A stretch of DNA of 64,000 nt from a virus. Its lineage: Duplodnaviria; Caudoviricetes. The notes beneath the pieces were generated by a model. That model was not told where the DNA came from, made no database searches, and saw only the letters and a program-made list of their open reading frames with translations. Positions 1 to 8,661 of the stretch are shown here, piece after piece. The stretch covers positions 7,591 to 71,590 of IMG/VR virus record IMGVR_UViG_3300025139_000012; one strand, 5' to 3'. Numbering within the stretch: the first letter of the stretch is position 1; the number at the start of each line of letters is the position of its first letter. The position numbers and the translations under genes were made by a program.

Positions 1-899
1 AGAAGATGCTGTATGAGGATTTTTTCAAATGGGATACAGATATGAAATTTGATGTCGTGGTGGGGAACCCGCCATTTCAGGATGGCACCAAAGTCGGCGG
101 ACAAAATAAAATTTACAATTTAATTTGTAAGAAGGCTATTTCTGTATTAAATGATAATGGTATTATTTCATTCATTACTCCAACGTCTGTCTTAAAGAAA
201 AGCAAACGATTTTCTCTGATGAATTACAGCGGTGTGAAATTAGTTAATTTCACAGCTGACCAATTTTTTGATGTCGGGATTAATATTTGCAGATGGGTAA
301 TTGATAAAACATTCAAGAAAAATACAGTAACTATCATAAATCGTGATAAAACTAGAAATGTTCAATTAAGAAACACACCAATTTATGATTTTTCAACAGT
401 CGACGAATCGTTTACTAAGTTATATGCTGCTTTGAAAAAAGTGACTAATAGTCCAGACAAGCGTATGTTTCGTGAAAATAATTTCGGAGATGCTGTAAGC
501 AAAGCAAAAACTAAAGAATTTCAGCACAAATTATATTCAATTAACAAAAATGGTGATAAAGAAATATTTGGATATAGTAAACGTTTACCTTTCTTCGCTA
601 CACATAAAAAAATTATTATCCCAATGACTAAAACACTAACTACTGATTCTATTTTAGTGGACGTAGATGATTATTATGTTGCATATCTTTGCACTACAGT
701 AAAATCTAAAACTGAGATTGACAATATTAAATCGTTTATTTTATCTGATTATTTCAAAGAACACTCAGCCAAATGGAGAAAATTAGATGGCTATGGGTTT
801 AACTATGCATTAAAATATTTGCCGCCGTTTGACACATCTAAGACTTGGAAAAATAACGACGTTCAAGCATTCTTAGAAAAATTTAGTAATGTTAAATAA
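1..899 (+). CDS. N6-adenine DNA methyltransferase, gamma/Eco57I-like (5'-truncated by window edge)
   Basis: FDVVVGNPPF motif IV followed by a TRD-like region; collinear paralogue of 1082..2227, whose N-terminal ~90 aa would lie upstream of the window. Confidence 0.85.
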   Translation, partial: KMLYEDFFKWDTDMKFDVVVGNPPFQDGTKVGGQNKIYNLICKKAISVLNDNGIISFITPTSVLKKSKRFSLMNYSGVKLVNFTADQFFDVGINICRWVIDKTFKKNTVTIINRDKTRNVQLRNTPIYDFSTVDESFTKLYAALKKVTNSPDKRMFRENNFGDAVSKAKTKEFQHKLYSINKNGDKEIFGYSKRLPFFATHKKIIIPMTKTLTTDSILVDVDDYYVAYLCTTVKSKTEIDNIKSFILSDYFKEHSAKWRKLDGYGFNYALKYLPPFDTSKTWKNNDVQAFLEKFSNVK

Positions 900-1014
900 A
901 GTCATCCACCACGCCCGTAACCGCGAGTACATGAGCGGCAAGGGATGCGGCGTGCTACCAATTGGGCTTGCATCGCTGCAAAAAGCAGCCAAAACACTGC
1001 AAATTCAGGCATAA
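889..1014 (+). pseudogene. Truncated copy of the 5' end of the 2217..2759 MTase-like gene
   Basis: Reads MLNKVIHHARNREYMSG then diverges and stops after 41 aa; nt 902-940 are identical to 2230-2268. Confidence 0.8.
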
Positions 1015-1021
1015 CTGCTAG

Positions 1022-1050
1022 TTGACTTTCTACTGAAATAATGCTATAAT
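1022..1050 (+). promoter_or_regulatory. sigma70-type early promoter
   Basis: TTGACT-17 nt-TATAAT with TG extended -10, upstream of the 1082 MTase. Confidence 0.8.
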
Positions 1051-1081
1051 ATGGCATAATGTAACTATACGAGTTTATGAA

Positions 1082-2227
1082 ATGGCAATGATAGCGCGAA
1101 TTCAACCACTCAAGCAACTAGTCAACGAAATGCTTGATCAGTTCCCCAAGTCAGTGTGGCGCAGTAAAACCACTACCTTTCTTGATCCAGCCATTGGTGG
1201 TGGACAATTTGTTGCAGAAATTGAACGCCGCCTACGTGCAGCTGGCCATAGTGACGAAAATATCAAGTCCCGTGTATTTGGATTTGAATATTCATTGGCG
1301 CTCATTGACATGGCGATAAATATGAATAAGCTCGTGGGTACTTATAAGAAGATGTCATACGAGGATTTTTTCAAATGGGATACCGATATGAAATTTGATG
1401 TCGTGGTGGGGAACCCGCCATATCAAGACAATAGCACTCTAGATAATCAGCAAAACAAAATTTACAACCAGTTTTCAAAACAAGCATTGGAAATTTTAAG
1501 CAACACTGGTATAATGACATTTGTTACCCCAGTTGCAGTAGCCAATGGGTCAAAGCGATTTGCACTAACCGAAACTCCCGGTATAAAAGAAATTGATTTC
1601 ACTGCAGGTAAGCATTTTGATGTTGGGACTAAAATTTGCAAATGGGTCGTAGACCGTACTCACCGCGGCAATATCAAAGTAATATCAGAGTTGGGTATTT
1701 CATATGCCAAATTTGGGGATTCTATTTTTGATCCGTCAGTTACTGACACTGAATTTGCACAGTTGGCGCAAAAGTTACAAAAAATTCCTATTAGTAAAAG
1801 GGCGTTTAAACAAAATAATCATGGCCCTGCATATAGCAAAACAAAATCAAAACAACACATTTACCCTACCTACAAAGTAAAAGATGGAGAATTACTGTTA
1901 AGCGCGTTTAGCAAAAGAGAACCGTGGTTCTGTGGTAAAAGAAAAATGAGTATTTCGAGAAGTAAAAGTTTTAGGGAAGATATCATTCAAATTTCAGATT
2001 TAGATTTTGAAACACAGTATGTTACTGTAGAAATAGAGAACAATTCCCAAATTGAAAACATTAAATCGTTTTTGTTTTCTGAGTATTTTCTAGAACACAT
2101 GGATAAGTGGAAGAAATTATTTAATACTGGGTTTAATGATGCGTTAAAGTATGTGCCACCATTTGACAAAAATAAAAAATGGACCAACGAAGAAGTAAAG
2201 GGAATATTTGACAACTATGCTAAGTAA
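1082..2227 (+). CDS. N6-adenine DNA methyltransferase (gamma class) with C-terminal TRD
   Basis: Motif I FLDPAIGGGQF and motif IV FDVVVGNPPY in gamma order. Confidence 0.9.
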   Translation: MAMIARIQPLKQLVNEMLDQFPKSVWRSKTTTFLDPAIGGGQFVAEIERRLRAAGHSDENIKSRVFGFEYSLALIDMAINMNKLVGTYKKMSYEDFFKWDTDMKFDVVVGNPPYQDNSTLDNQQNKIYNQFSKQALEILSNTGIMTFVTPVAVANGSKRFALTETPGIKEIDFTAGKHFDVGTKICKWVVDRTHRGNIKVISELGISYAKFGDSIFDPSVTDTEFAQLAQKLQKIPISKRAFKQNNHGPAYSKTKSKQHIYPTYKVKDGELLLSAFSKREPWFCGKRKMSISRSKSFREDIIQISDLDFETQYVTVEIENNSQIENIKSFLFSEYFLEHMDKWKKLFNTGFNDALKYVPPFDKNKKWTNEEVKGIFDNYAK

Positions 2228-2759
2228 CATCATCCACCACGCCCGTAACCGCGAGTACATGAGCGGCATTGAACGCGACAAGTTAAGAATAAAATCCTCA
2301 GGTGAAGTTTTTACTCCAACACCACTGGTCCAAGAAATGCTGGATCAGTTACCACTTGAAGTTTTCACAGACCCTGAAAAAACCTTCCTTGACAACTCAT
2401 GTGGAGACGGCCAGTTCCTTAGTGAAGTTCTAATCAAGAAGATGGAGAATGGGGCAACGTTTGAGCAAGCGTTATCAACGATCTACGGCGTTGATCTCAT
2501 GCCTGACAATGTGCAGCTATGCCGTGACAGGCTGCTGTGCGGGCAAGAGCGCTTGCGCCATATAGTTGAAAAAAACATTGTTTGCCATGACGCATTAACA
2601 TATGACTACAGCTTCAACGGCACGAATTTTACTAACGCTGAACAGCTGGCGCAAAAACTCGGTCTTGAACCAGTGCAGCACAAGAAGCCGAAAAAAGTGA
2701 CCGAGAAGAAGAAAGAAGCTACAATTACCAACACAGGACTATTTTCAATCGAGGAATAA
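2217..2759 (+). CDS. Short MTase-like SAM-binding protein lacking the catalytic NPPY motif
   Basis: GEVFTP (motif X), FLDNSCGDGQFL (motif I), IYGVD (motif II); no (D/N)PP(Y/F); ATG 2217 overlaps the upstream gene end. Confidence 0.75.
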   Translation: MLSNIIHHARNREYMSGIERDKLRIKSSGEVFTPTPLVQEMLDQLPLEVFTDPEKTFLDNSCGDGQFLSEVLIKKMENGATFEQALSTIYGVDLMPDNVQLCRDRLLCGQERLRHIVEKNIVCHDALTYDYSFNGTNFTNAEQLAQKLGLEPVQHKKPKKVTEKKKEATITNTGLFSIEE

Positions 2760-2762
2760 TAT

Positions 2763-3452
2763 ATGGCCAAAAAAGCATTTAAAGTTGTCAGATTAACTAA
2801 CGGCATTAAAGTAGGAACAAAATTACCAAAACAATATTATGGTAATATAGGATTTAAAGCAGAAGATATGCTATTAGAAAACGGTTATACAATGTCAAGT
2901 GGGAGCGAGCCAGACATTGCTGCACTTGGACTTGAAGTAAAAACGCGAAACGAAGCTGCAACCTCTGCGCAAACAATTGCCACAATGACATTGAATCGTA
3001 TCATCGCCACACCATACGAAAATTCACCAATATGTGCAAAAATTCAGCAGCAATACAGAATTAAATATGATAACGACATCAGTGAAGTTACTTCTGCTGA
3101 AGTTTACGATTTTTCTGACCCAATTATCCAAGGGAAGATTAAATTGGGTTATGAAACTGCAAGGTCAGAAATCTCCGCCGGTAATAAGAGCAAATATATT
3201 TGCGGTACTGCTGGCATTGGCTATTTTGAGAAAAAGTCAAATAGTGACAACTCATACGGATTCAGAATTTCTGACTCATGCATGAAGAATCTAGAAAATC
3301 AGTCACAAACCACAAAAAAGTTTGCACACATTTTCGACTGCGATCAAAAGTCAAGCATCATTGGTGTGGCACTACCGGTTAGTGTTGGGTCTAAGAAAAG
3401 TAGAAAGCGGGCTGAAATATCTGCTGAAATTAACTCTACATTATTCAGCTAA
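2763..3452 (+). CDS. Putative MutH/Sau3AI-like PD-(D/E)XK endonuclease
   Basis: G..AEDML...EPDIAALGLEVKT resembles the MutH/Sau3AI E...PD...ExK site; directly follows the MTases. Confidence 0.55.
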   Translation: MAKKAFKVVRLTNGIKVGTKLPKQYYGNIGFKAEDMLLENGYTMSSGSEPDIAALGLEVKTRNEAATSAQTIATMTLNRIIATPYENSPICAKIQQQYRIKYDNDISEVTSAEVYDFSDPIIQGKIKLGYETARSEISAGNKSKYICGTAGIGYFEKKSNSDNSYGFRISDSCMKNLENQSQTTKKFAHIFDCDQKSSIIGVALPVSVGSKKSRKRAEISAEINSTLFS

Positions 3453-3500
3453 CTATGTTAAATTGAGAGACTACTCAAATTCTCTCATCTTGCATTTGGC

Positions 3501-3529
3501 TTGACAGTCAAGCCTTTTGGTGCTATAAT
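3501..3529 (+). promoter_or_regulatory. sigma70 early promoter (perfect consensus)
   Basis: TTGACA-17 nt-TATAAT with TG extension. Confidence 0.9.
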
Positions 3530-3560
3530 ACTCGCATAGTAGCAAAGAAAGGCACGTAAC

Positions 3561-3782
3561 ATGAAGTTCAAACAATCGCAGAAGTTCCGGGTTATTGTCA
3601 AGGGCGTCAGCGTTTACGTCACTGCCAAACAAATTATTTGGGGCATTGGCGACCAGATATCCACCAACGCCGCAGTGCATGCCGCATTTACCAGCCTGCA
3701 AAATATGAAGACTGATCAAAATGCTACCGTCGGTCTGTGCGCTCGTTACAACGATATTGACGTGCAGATTTCCATGATTTAG
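3561..3782 (+). CDS. Hypothetical early protein (73 aa)
   Basis: ORF just downstream of a consensus promoter, with GAAAGG RBS. Confidence 0.7.
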   Translation: MKFKQSQKFRVIVKGVSVYVTAKQIIWGIGDQISTNAAVHAAFTSLQNMKTDQNATVGLCARYNDIDVQISMI

Positions 3783-3812
3783 ATTATCCTATACCCATTG
3801 GCTAAGTACAGT

Positions 3813-5369
3813 ATGGATTATACTGTACTTAGAACACTAATGGCAGACAAGGAAAAATGGAGTAGTATTTGTCACCAAACTGAGTTTCTTGACCAAATTT
3901 ACACCAAGGTGAGTGGTAGGCAAAGAGTATGGCACGTTGAAAACAATATTTTCAATGCATTATCATGTCCAATGTGCGGTAAAATAGGTCTGGGGTTTAG
4001 CAACAAATTAAAACGATATTCAAATTATTGTAACAGCACCTGCGCCCAAAAAGATCCAGCTATTCGCAGCAAAACTGAATCTACCTGCTTTACAAAATAT
4101 GGAGTCAAATCAAACTTATGCCTTCCTGAAAACAAAGCGAAAGAGGAAGCCACTAAGTTATCAAAATACGGGTGCAAAAACTATACTCAGACTGCCGAAT
4201 TTAAATTAAAAGTAAAAGAGACCTCAATGCTGAGATATGGGGTTGAGAATCCATCGCAGTCGCAACAAGTTAAAGACAAAGTTAACAATACTTCCATGCG
4301 ACTCTATGGGCGTAAACGCTCTTCCCAATGTCATATTCCACTTGGCATAATCGATTTAAAAAATGACAAAACTGAAATGAGTCGGTGGTTTAACGAACTG
4401 AAAATGCCAGTGAGTGAAATAGCAAAAGTTCTTGGCATCAACGGTAGTCAGCTCACTGCGCATTTTAAAAACAATCTCAACATTGATATTACACGTCACG
4501 GTGTGTCGTGGCCAGAGCGGCAGATTCAAGAGTTTTTAACATCTATTGGTGTCACGTTTCAGACGTCAGACAGAAAGTTGTTGAAACCAAAAGAGTTGGA
4601 TATTGTAATACCAAGTGCAAAGGTAGCAATTGAATTGAACGGGGTTGCCTGGCATAGTGAAAATAGAGGTAAGGCTAAGACTTACCATTCCGGCAAAACA
4701 GTTGCCTGCGAAAAAATAGGATATAGGTTAGTCCATATATGGTCAACCGAATGGGCGGGTCAGCAAGAGTTAGTTAAATCAAGACTAAAATCAATCCTGG
4801 GTGTTAGCAGTAAGATAATGGCCCGCAAATGTCAAATCAAAATAGTATCAAGTCTTGATGCTAAAAATTTTCTAAATGCAACCCACATGCAGGGGTATTG
4901 TCAATCAACTATTAGGTATGGGTTATACTCAGATAACATGCTTGCCGCATTGATGACCTTTGGAAAATCAAGGTTTAACAAATCAGTCGAGTGGGAGTTA
5001 CTTAGGTATTGTACTGCGCGAGACGTTAACATTGTTGGCGGGCCATCAAAGTTATTTGCTCACTTCATCAAAATACACAATCCATCATCTGTTATATCAT
5101 ACTGCGATCGTAGATGGAATACCGGTAAGCTATATCAAAATTTAAATTTTGTTTTAAGTAGCATTAGCTCACCAAATTACTGGTATACCAAAAATCATGC
5201 CAAATTAGAATCACGAATGAAGTATCAAAAGCATAAATTGGCAAAACTGCTTGAAACATTTGACCCAGCACTGACTGAATGGGAAAATATGCAGGCCAAT
5301 GGCTATGATCGCATTTGGGACTGCGGTAATTCAGTTTGGATTTGGCAACGGCCATATGTTGTATTTTAA
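3813..5369 (+). CDS. Hef-like/Vsr-type (DUF559-like) endonuclease with KYG repeats and C-terminal GNAT-like domain (copy 1)
   Basis: CxxC ribbon, KYGVxN repeats, ELDI..AIELNGxxWHS nuclease motif, ELLRYC..GG.SKL..SYCDRRW tail; start ATG 3813 or TTG 3798. Confidence 0.75.
   Translation: MDYTVLRTLMADKEKWSSICHQTEFLDQIYTKVSGRQRVWHVENNIFNALSCPMCGKIGLGFSNKLKRYSNYCNSTCAQKDPAIRSKTESTCFTKYGVKSNLCLPENKAKEEATKLSKYGCKNYTQTAEFKLKVKETSMLRYGVENPSQSQQVKDKVNNTSMRLYGRKRSSQCHIPLGIIDLKNDKTEMSRWFNELKMPVSEIAKVLGINGSQLTAHFKNNLNIDITRHGVSWPERQIQEFLTSIGVTFQTSDRKLLKPKELDIVIPSAKVAIELNGVAWHSENRGKAKTYHSGKTVACEKIGYRLVHIWSTEWAGQQELVKSRLKSILGVSSKIMARKCQIKIVSSLDAKNFLNATHMQGYCQSTIRYGLYSDNMLAALMTFGKSRFNKSVEWELLRYCTARDVNIVGGPSKLFAHFIKIHNPSSVISYCDRRWNTGKLYQNLNFVLSSISSPNYWYTKNHAKLESRMKYQKHKLAKLLETFDPALTEWENMQANGYDRIWDCGNSVWIWQRPYVVF
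5225..5345 (+). repeat. 121-bp inverted repeat, left arm
   Basis: Reverse complement of 6634-6754 with one mismatch. Confidence 0.95.
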
Positions 5370-5384
5370 CAACAAAAATAATAG

Positions 5385-5413
5385 TTGACTTACCGCATGA
5401 TCTGCGTTATAAT
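5385..5413 (+). promoter_or_regulatory. sigma70 early promoter
   Basis: TTGACT-17 nt-TATAAT, followed by AGGAG RBS and ATG 5461. Confidence 0.85.
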
Positions 5414-5460
5414 ACTCGCATCAGTTAGTAAATCAGTTAGTTTATTTTTAGGAGTTCTAA

Positions 5461-6573
5461 ATGGCTACAGCCGCATCCCAGGTCAGTCAAAATCGTACAG
5501 TTACCGCAGTCGAGGCTCGTGCCAGCATCTTGCGGTGCTTCAAGAAACAACGACCTGTGTTCTTATGGGGCCCGATGGGTATTGGAAAAAGTGAGCTGGT
5601 CAGCGGCATTGCTGACGAGATGGGTGGATTGGTTATTGATCTGCGTATGGCTACGTTAGAACCCACTGACATCCGCGGGATTCCATATTTCAACAAAGAT
5701 ACTGGCACGATGAGCTGGGCTCCGCCCGTGGAACTGCCTAGCGAAGAACTTGCCGCACAGTACCCTATCGTGGTGCTTTTCTTGGACGAGATGAACTCCG
5801 CTGCCCCTGCTGTTCAAGCTGCAGCATATCAACTGATCTTGAATCGCCGCGTTGGTACTTACAAGCTGCCAAAGAATGTGGTGATGGTTGCTGCAGGTAA
5901 CCGCGAAAGTGACAAGGGTGTGACATATCGTATGCCTGCTCCGTTGTCCAATCGTTTCGTTCACTTGGAAATGTGTGTTGACTTTGACAGCTGGTTGAGC
6001 TGGGCAGTTAACAACCGTATCAACAAGGACGTGGTTGGTTTCATTACATTCAGTAAGCAAAGCCTGTTTGATTTTGATCCGCGTAGCCCAAGCCGTTCGT
6101 TCGCTACTCCACGTTCGTGGACTTTTGTGTCAGAACTGTTGGACGACGACACCCACGACAACACCACTACCGACTTGGTTGCTGGCTCCATTGGTGAAGG
6201 GTTGGCTGTGAAGTTCATGGCACACCGTAAGATCTCCAGTCAGTTGCCTGACCCGGTTGACATTTTGAATGGCAAAGTCAAGGAACTCAAGACCAAAGAA
6301 ATCAGTGCTATGTATTCGCTGGTTACTGCAATGTGCTACGAAATGCAGGACGCCAACAAAAAGCTCGCTGGCGACAAAACTGGCAAGTGGCACGACATGG
6401 CAGACTGCTTCTTCCGTTTCATGATGGACAATTTCACAACGGAGATTGTTGTAATGGGTGCGCGGGTAGGCCTAATTCTTTACAATTTGCCGTTTGTTCC
6501 GGGAAAGATGAAATCGTTTGATGAGTTCCATAAACGTTTTGGCCGCTTCATAATAGCCGCGAGTTCTAATTAA
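5461..6573 (+). CDS. MoxR-type AAA+ ATPase
   Basis: Walker A GPMGIGKS, Walker B LFLDEMN, AAGNR sensor 1, NRF arginine finger, TPRSW sensor 2. Confidence 0.9.
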   Translation: MATAASQVSQNRTVTAVEARASILRCFKKQRPVFLWGPMGIGKSELVSGIADEMGGLVIDLRMATLEPTDIRGIPYFNKDTGTMSWAPPVELPSEELAAQYPIVVLFLDEMNSAAPAVQAAAYQLILNRRVGTYKLPKNVVMVAAGNRESDKGVTYRMPAPLSNRFVHLEMCVDFDSWLSWAVNNRINKDVVGFITFSKQSLFDFDPRSPSRSFATPRSWTFVSELLDDDTHDNTTTDLVAGSIGEGLAVKFMAHRKISSQLPDPVDILNGKVKELKTKEISAMYSLVTAMCYEMQDANKKLAGDKTGKWHDMADCFFRFMMDNFTTEIVVMGARVGLILYNLPFVPGKMKSFDEFHKRFGRFIIAASSN

Positions 6574-6587
6574 ATTGGCAGATATAC

Positions 6588-6613
6588 AAGAAAGGGACCT
6601 AAGTCCCTTTCTT
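6588..6613. terminator. Probable bidirectional intrinsic terminator
   Basis: AAGAAAGGGAC-CTAA-GTCCCTTTCTT perfect hairpin between convergent genes. Confidence 0.8.
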
Positions 6614-6618
6614 CATGA

Positions 6619-8217
6619 TTATAATTTTTGTTTCCAAATCCAAACTGAATTACCGCAGTCCCAAATGCGATCATAGCCATTGGCCTGCATATTTTCCCAT
6701 TCAGTCAGTGATGGGTCAAATGTTTCAAGCAGTTTTGCCAATTTATGCTTTTGACAAACTTGCCTAGAAATTAAATCAGAATAATTTCGTGTGTATTTGT
6801 AATTTGGCGGTGAAGTGTGAGACATTGAAAATCCCAGCATACTGTATAAGTTACCAGTGTTAAATGTTAAATCGCAGTATGAAATAACCGAGGTAGGAGA
6901 GAATTCCTCTTTGAATTTAGCATATAGTTTACTGGCACCCCCAGTAATGTTTAGCCCGTGTTTAGAGCAATAGCGAAGCAATTCCCATTCCGCAGACTTA
7001 TTAAATCTAGACTTACCAAAAGTCATAACTCCAAGCAGTTCATGTTCAGAAGAGTGAATACCGTAGGCTACTTTTGCTGCTACATTACCTTGGATATGAT
7101 TCAAATTTAAAAAATTAGCCGCTACTGCCGACGTAATTCTTAACACTTGGCATTTTCTTGCCATTACTTTTTTATTTTCACCCAATGCTGACGTAATCCT
7201 TGATTTCACCAATTCTGGATTTTTATTCCATTGTGAGTGAAGAATGTGTATCAATCTATACCCAGCACTGTTTGCCAGTGTTGTTTTGTTTAAGTGGTAG
7301 TCACGATCTTTACCCTGCAATTCGGAATGCCAGTAGTCACCATTGATTTCAATCGCTACTTTTTTTTCTGGGATTACGATATCCAATTCCAGTGGATGAA
7401 TAATTCTCCTATCCCCAGTTATCACCTCAAAGCCTTTGCTCCTGATTAGATCAGCAATTTCAGTTTCAAGCTGTGAACTGTTGTGACCGTACGGAAAACA
7501 TGTAGGGCACCGCGGAATCTTCCCATTTGCCAGCCTTGCAGTAAATTTGGTTCCGCATGTTGAACACAACCATTCATATCGCCCAAAAACTCCATCATAA
7601 TTTTTAGTATCAAAATTTGGAATTAAATTATGCTGCAACAAATCTTGCAACTTTTGTGGTAACCATTTAACACGCTTTAGTTGATTCATGTTTTCAACTA
7701 AATTTTTGTTTTGATATGGATGATTTACCCCTGTCTTTTTTCTGTAAGTATCTCGCTGTTTTTCACGAATTGAGGCAACTTTGTTGACATTATCAACTCC
7801 GTAGGTAGCCAAACAAGTTTCCCTCCGTTTTTCAGTAGTTTCAGGTAGTTTACTGGTGTGAGTGACACCGTATTTTTCCATAGTTTCTTTCTGAATTTTA
7901 ACTCTTGCAGCAGCAGTGTTAAAGGCTTCACCTGCTCCATACTTTGCCATGTTAGTTGCGAATTTTTTGCTTTTGGTTGTTGGGGAGTTAGCACTGCATT
8001 TAGTGCTGCAAAAAAGCAGATATCCTTGAGCAAAATTTTTAAAGTGAGTCGGGGACTCACATACTAAGCATTTCTGAGGCCCAGGAAAATTATGAACAAT
8101 TTGATATAACTCTTCAGTGGGCAAGTTAACGTTGAACTTTTTAAGTCGAGCTGATGATAGTTTCCCACGAGAATCAAGCAAATTTTCAATAATCAACTGC
8201 GGTGTATAAATAATCAT
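6619..8217 (-). CDS. Hef-like/Vsr-type endonuclease with GNAT-like tail (copy 2)
   Basis: Same architecture as copy 1: AIEINGDYWHS, Zn ribbons, KYG repeats, ELLRYC..GGASKL..SYCD. Confidence 0.75.
   Translation of the reverse strand: MIIYTPQLIIENLLDSRGKLSSARLKKFNVNLPTEELYQIVHNFPGPQKCLVCESPTHFKNFAQGYLLFCSTKCSANSPTTKSKKFATNMAKYGAGEAFNTAAARVKIQKETMEKYGVTHTSKLPETTEKRRETCLATYGVDNVNKVASIREKQRDTYRKKTGVNHPYQNKNLVENMNQLKRVKWLPQKLQDLLQHNLIPNFDTKNYDGVFGRYEWLCSTCGTKFTARLANGKIPRCPTCFPYGHNSSQLETEIADLIRSKGFEVITGDRRIIHPLELDIVIPEKKVAIEINGDYWHSELQGKDRDYHLNKTTLANSAGYRLIHILHSQWNKNPELVKSRITSALGENKKVMARKCQVLRITSAVAANFLNLNHIQGNVAAKVAYGIHSSEHELLGVMTFGKSRFNKSAEWELLRYCSKHGLNITGGASKLYAKFKEEFSPTSVISYCDLTFNTGNLYSMLGFSMSHTSPPNYKYTRNYSDLISRQVCQKHKLAKLLETFDPSLTEWENMQANGYDRIWDCGNSVWIWKQKL
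6634..6754 (-). repeat. 121-bp inverted repeat, right arm
   Basis: Reverse complement of 5225-5345 with one mismatch. Confidence 0.95.
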
Positions 8218-8283
8218 GCTGACTGTCTCCTGTGACGTTAGAGTAGTCGGGGATTGCCGTCCCGTGGGCTACACTATTATTTA
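8218..8283 (-). promoter_or_regulatory. Late promoter (TAAATA) plus structured 5' leader of nuclease copy 2
   Basis: Minus strand: TAAATA..AGTGTAG-CCCAC-GGGA[CGGCAA]TCCC-CGA-CTACTCT-AAC-GTC[ACAGGA]GAC-AGTCAGC-ATG. Confidence 0.5.
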
Positions 8284-8314
8284 GTTTCTAAATCAAAGTA
8301 TGGTGAATTTATAT

Positions 8315-8343
8315 TTGACCCACTCTTTTTCATCTGTTACAAT
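8315..8343 (+). promoter_or_regulatory. sigma70 promoter
   Basis: TTGACC-17 nt-TACAAT with TG extension; ATG 6 nt after the -10 box suggests a leaderless mRNA. Confidence 0.65.
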
Positions 8344-8349
8344 GTAAAT

Positions 8350-8661
8350 ATGCCGCACACTTCAAACCCTATCCTAATAGGCAACACTGTTGAGTTACCA
8401 GACATTGATTATGATGATAGTCCAGTGTTGACTGGTGATCCGTTGAAAGATATGGTGTGGTGGACTGAAGATTTACGCACTATCCCGCTTGGCGAAATGA
8501 CACGGGACCACGTCAGAAATGCGTTACAGTGGTGTATCCGCAGGCAATCAACTGAAAAATTCACTCAATACGCTAAATTGTTAGCATGTAAGGACGGGTA
8601 CACTTACCAAGAGTGGATAACTGCGTTCACTGTACGGTTATTGGACCCAAATTTGGATTAG
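8350..8661 (+). CDS. Hypothetical protein (103 aa)
   Basis: ORF MPHTSNPIL... following the promoter; overlaps the convergent nuclease 3' end. Confidence 0.65.
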   Translation: MPHTSNPILIGNTVELPDIDYDDSPVLTGDPLKDMVWWTEDLRTIPLGEMTRDHVRNALQWCIRRQSTEKFTQYAKLLACKDGYTYQEWITAFTVRLLDPNLD

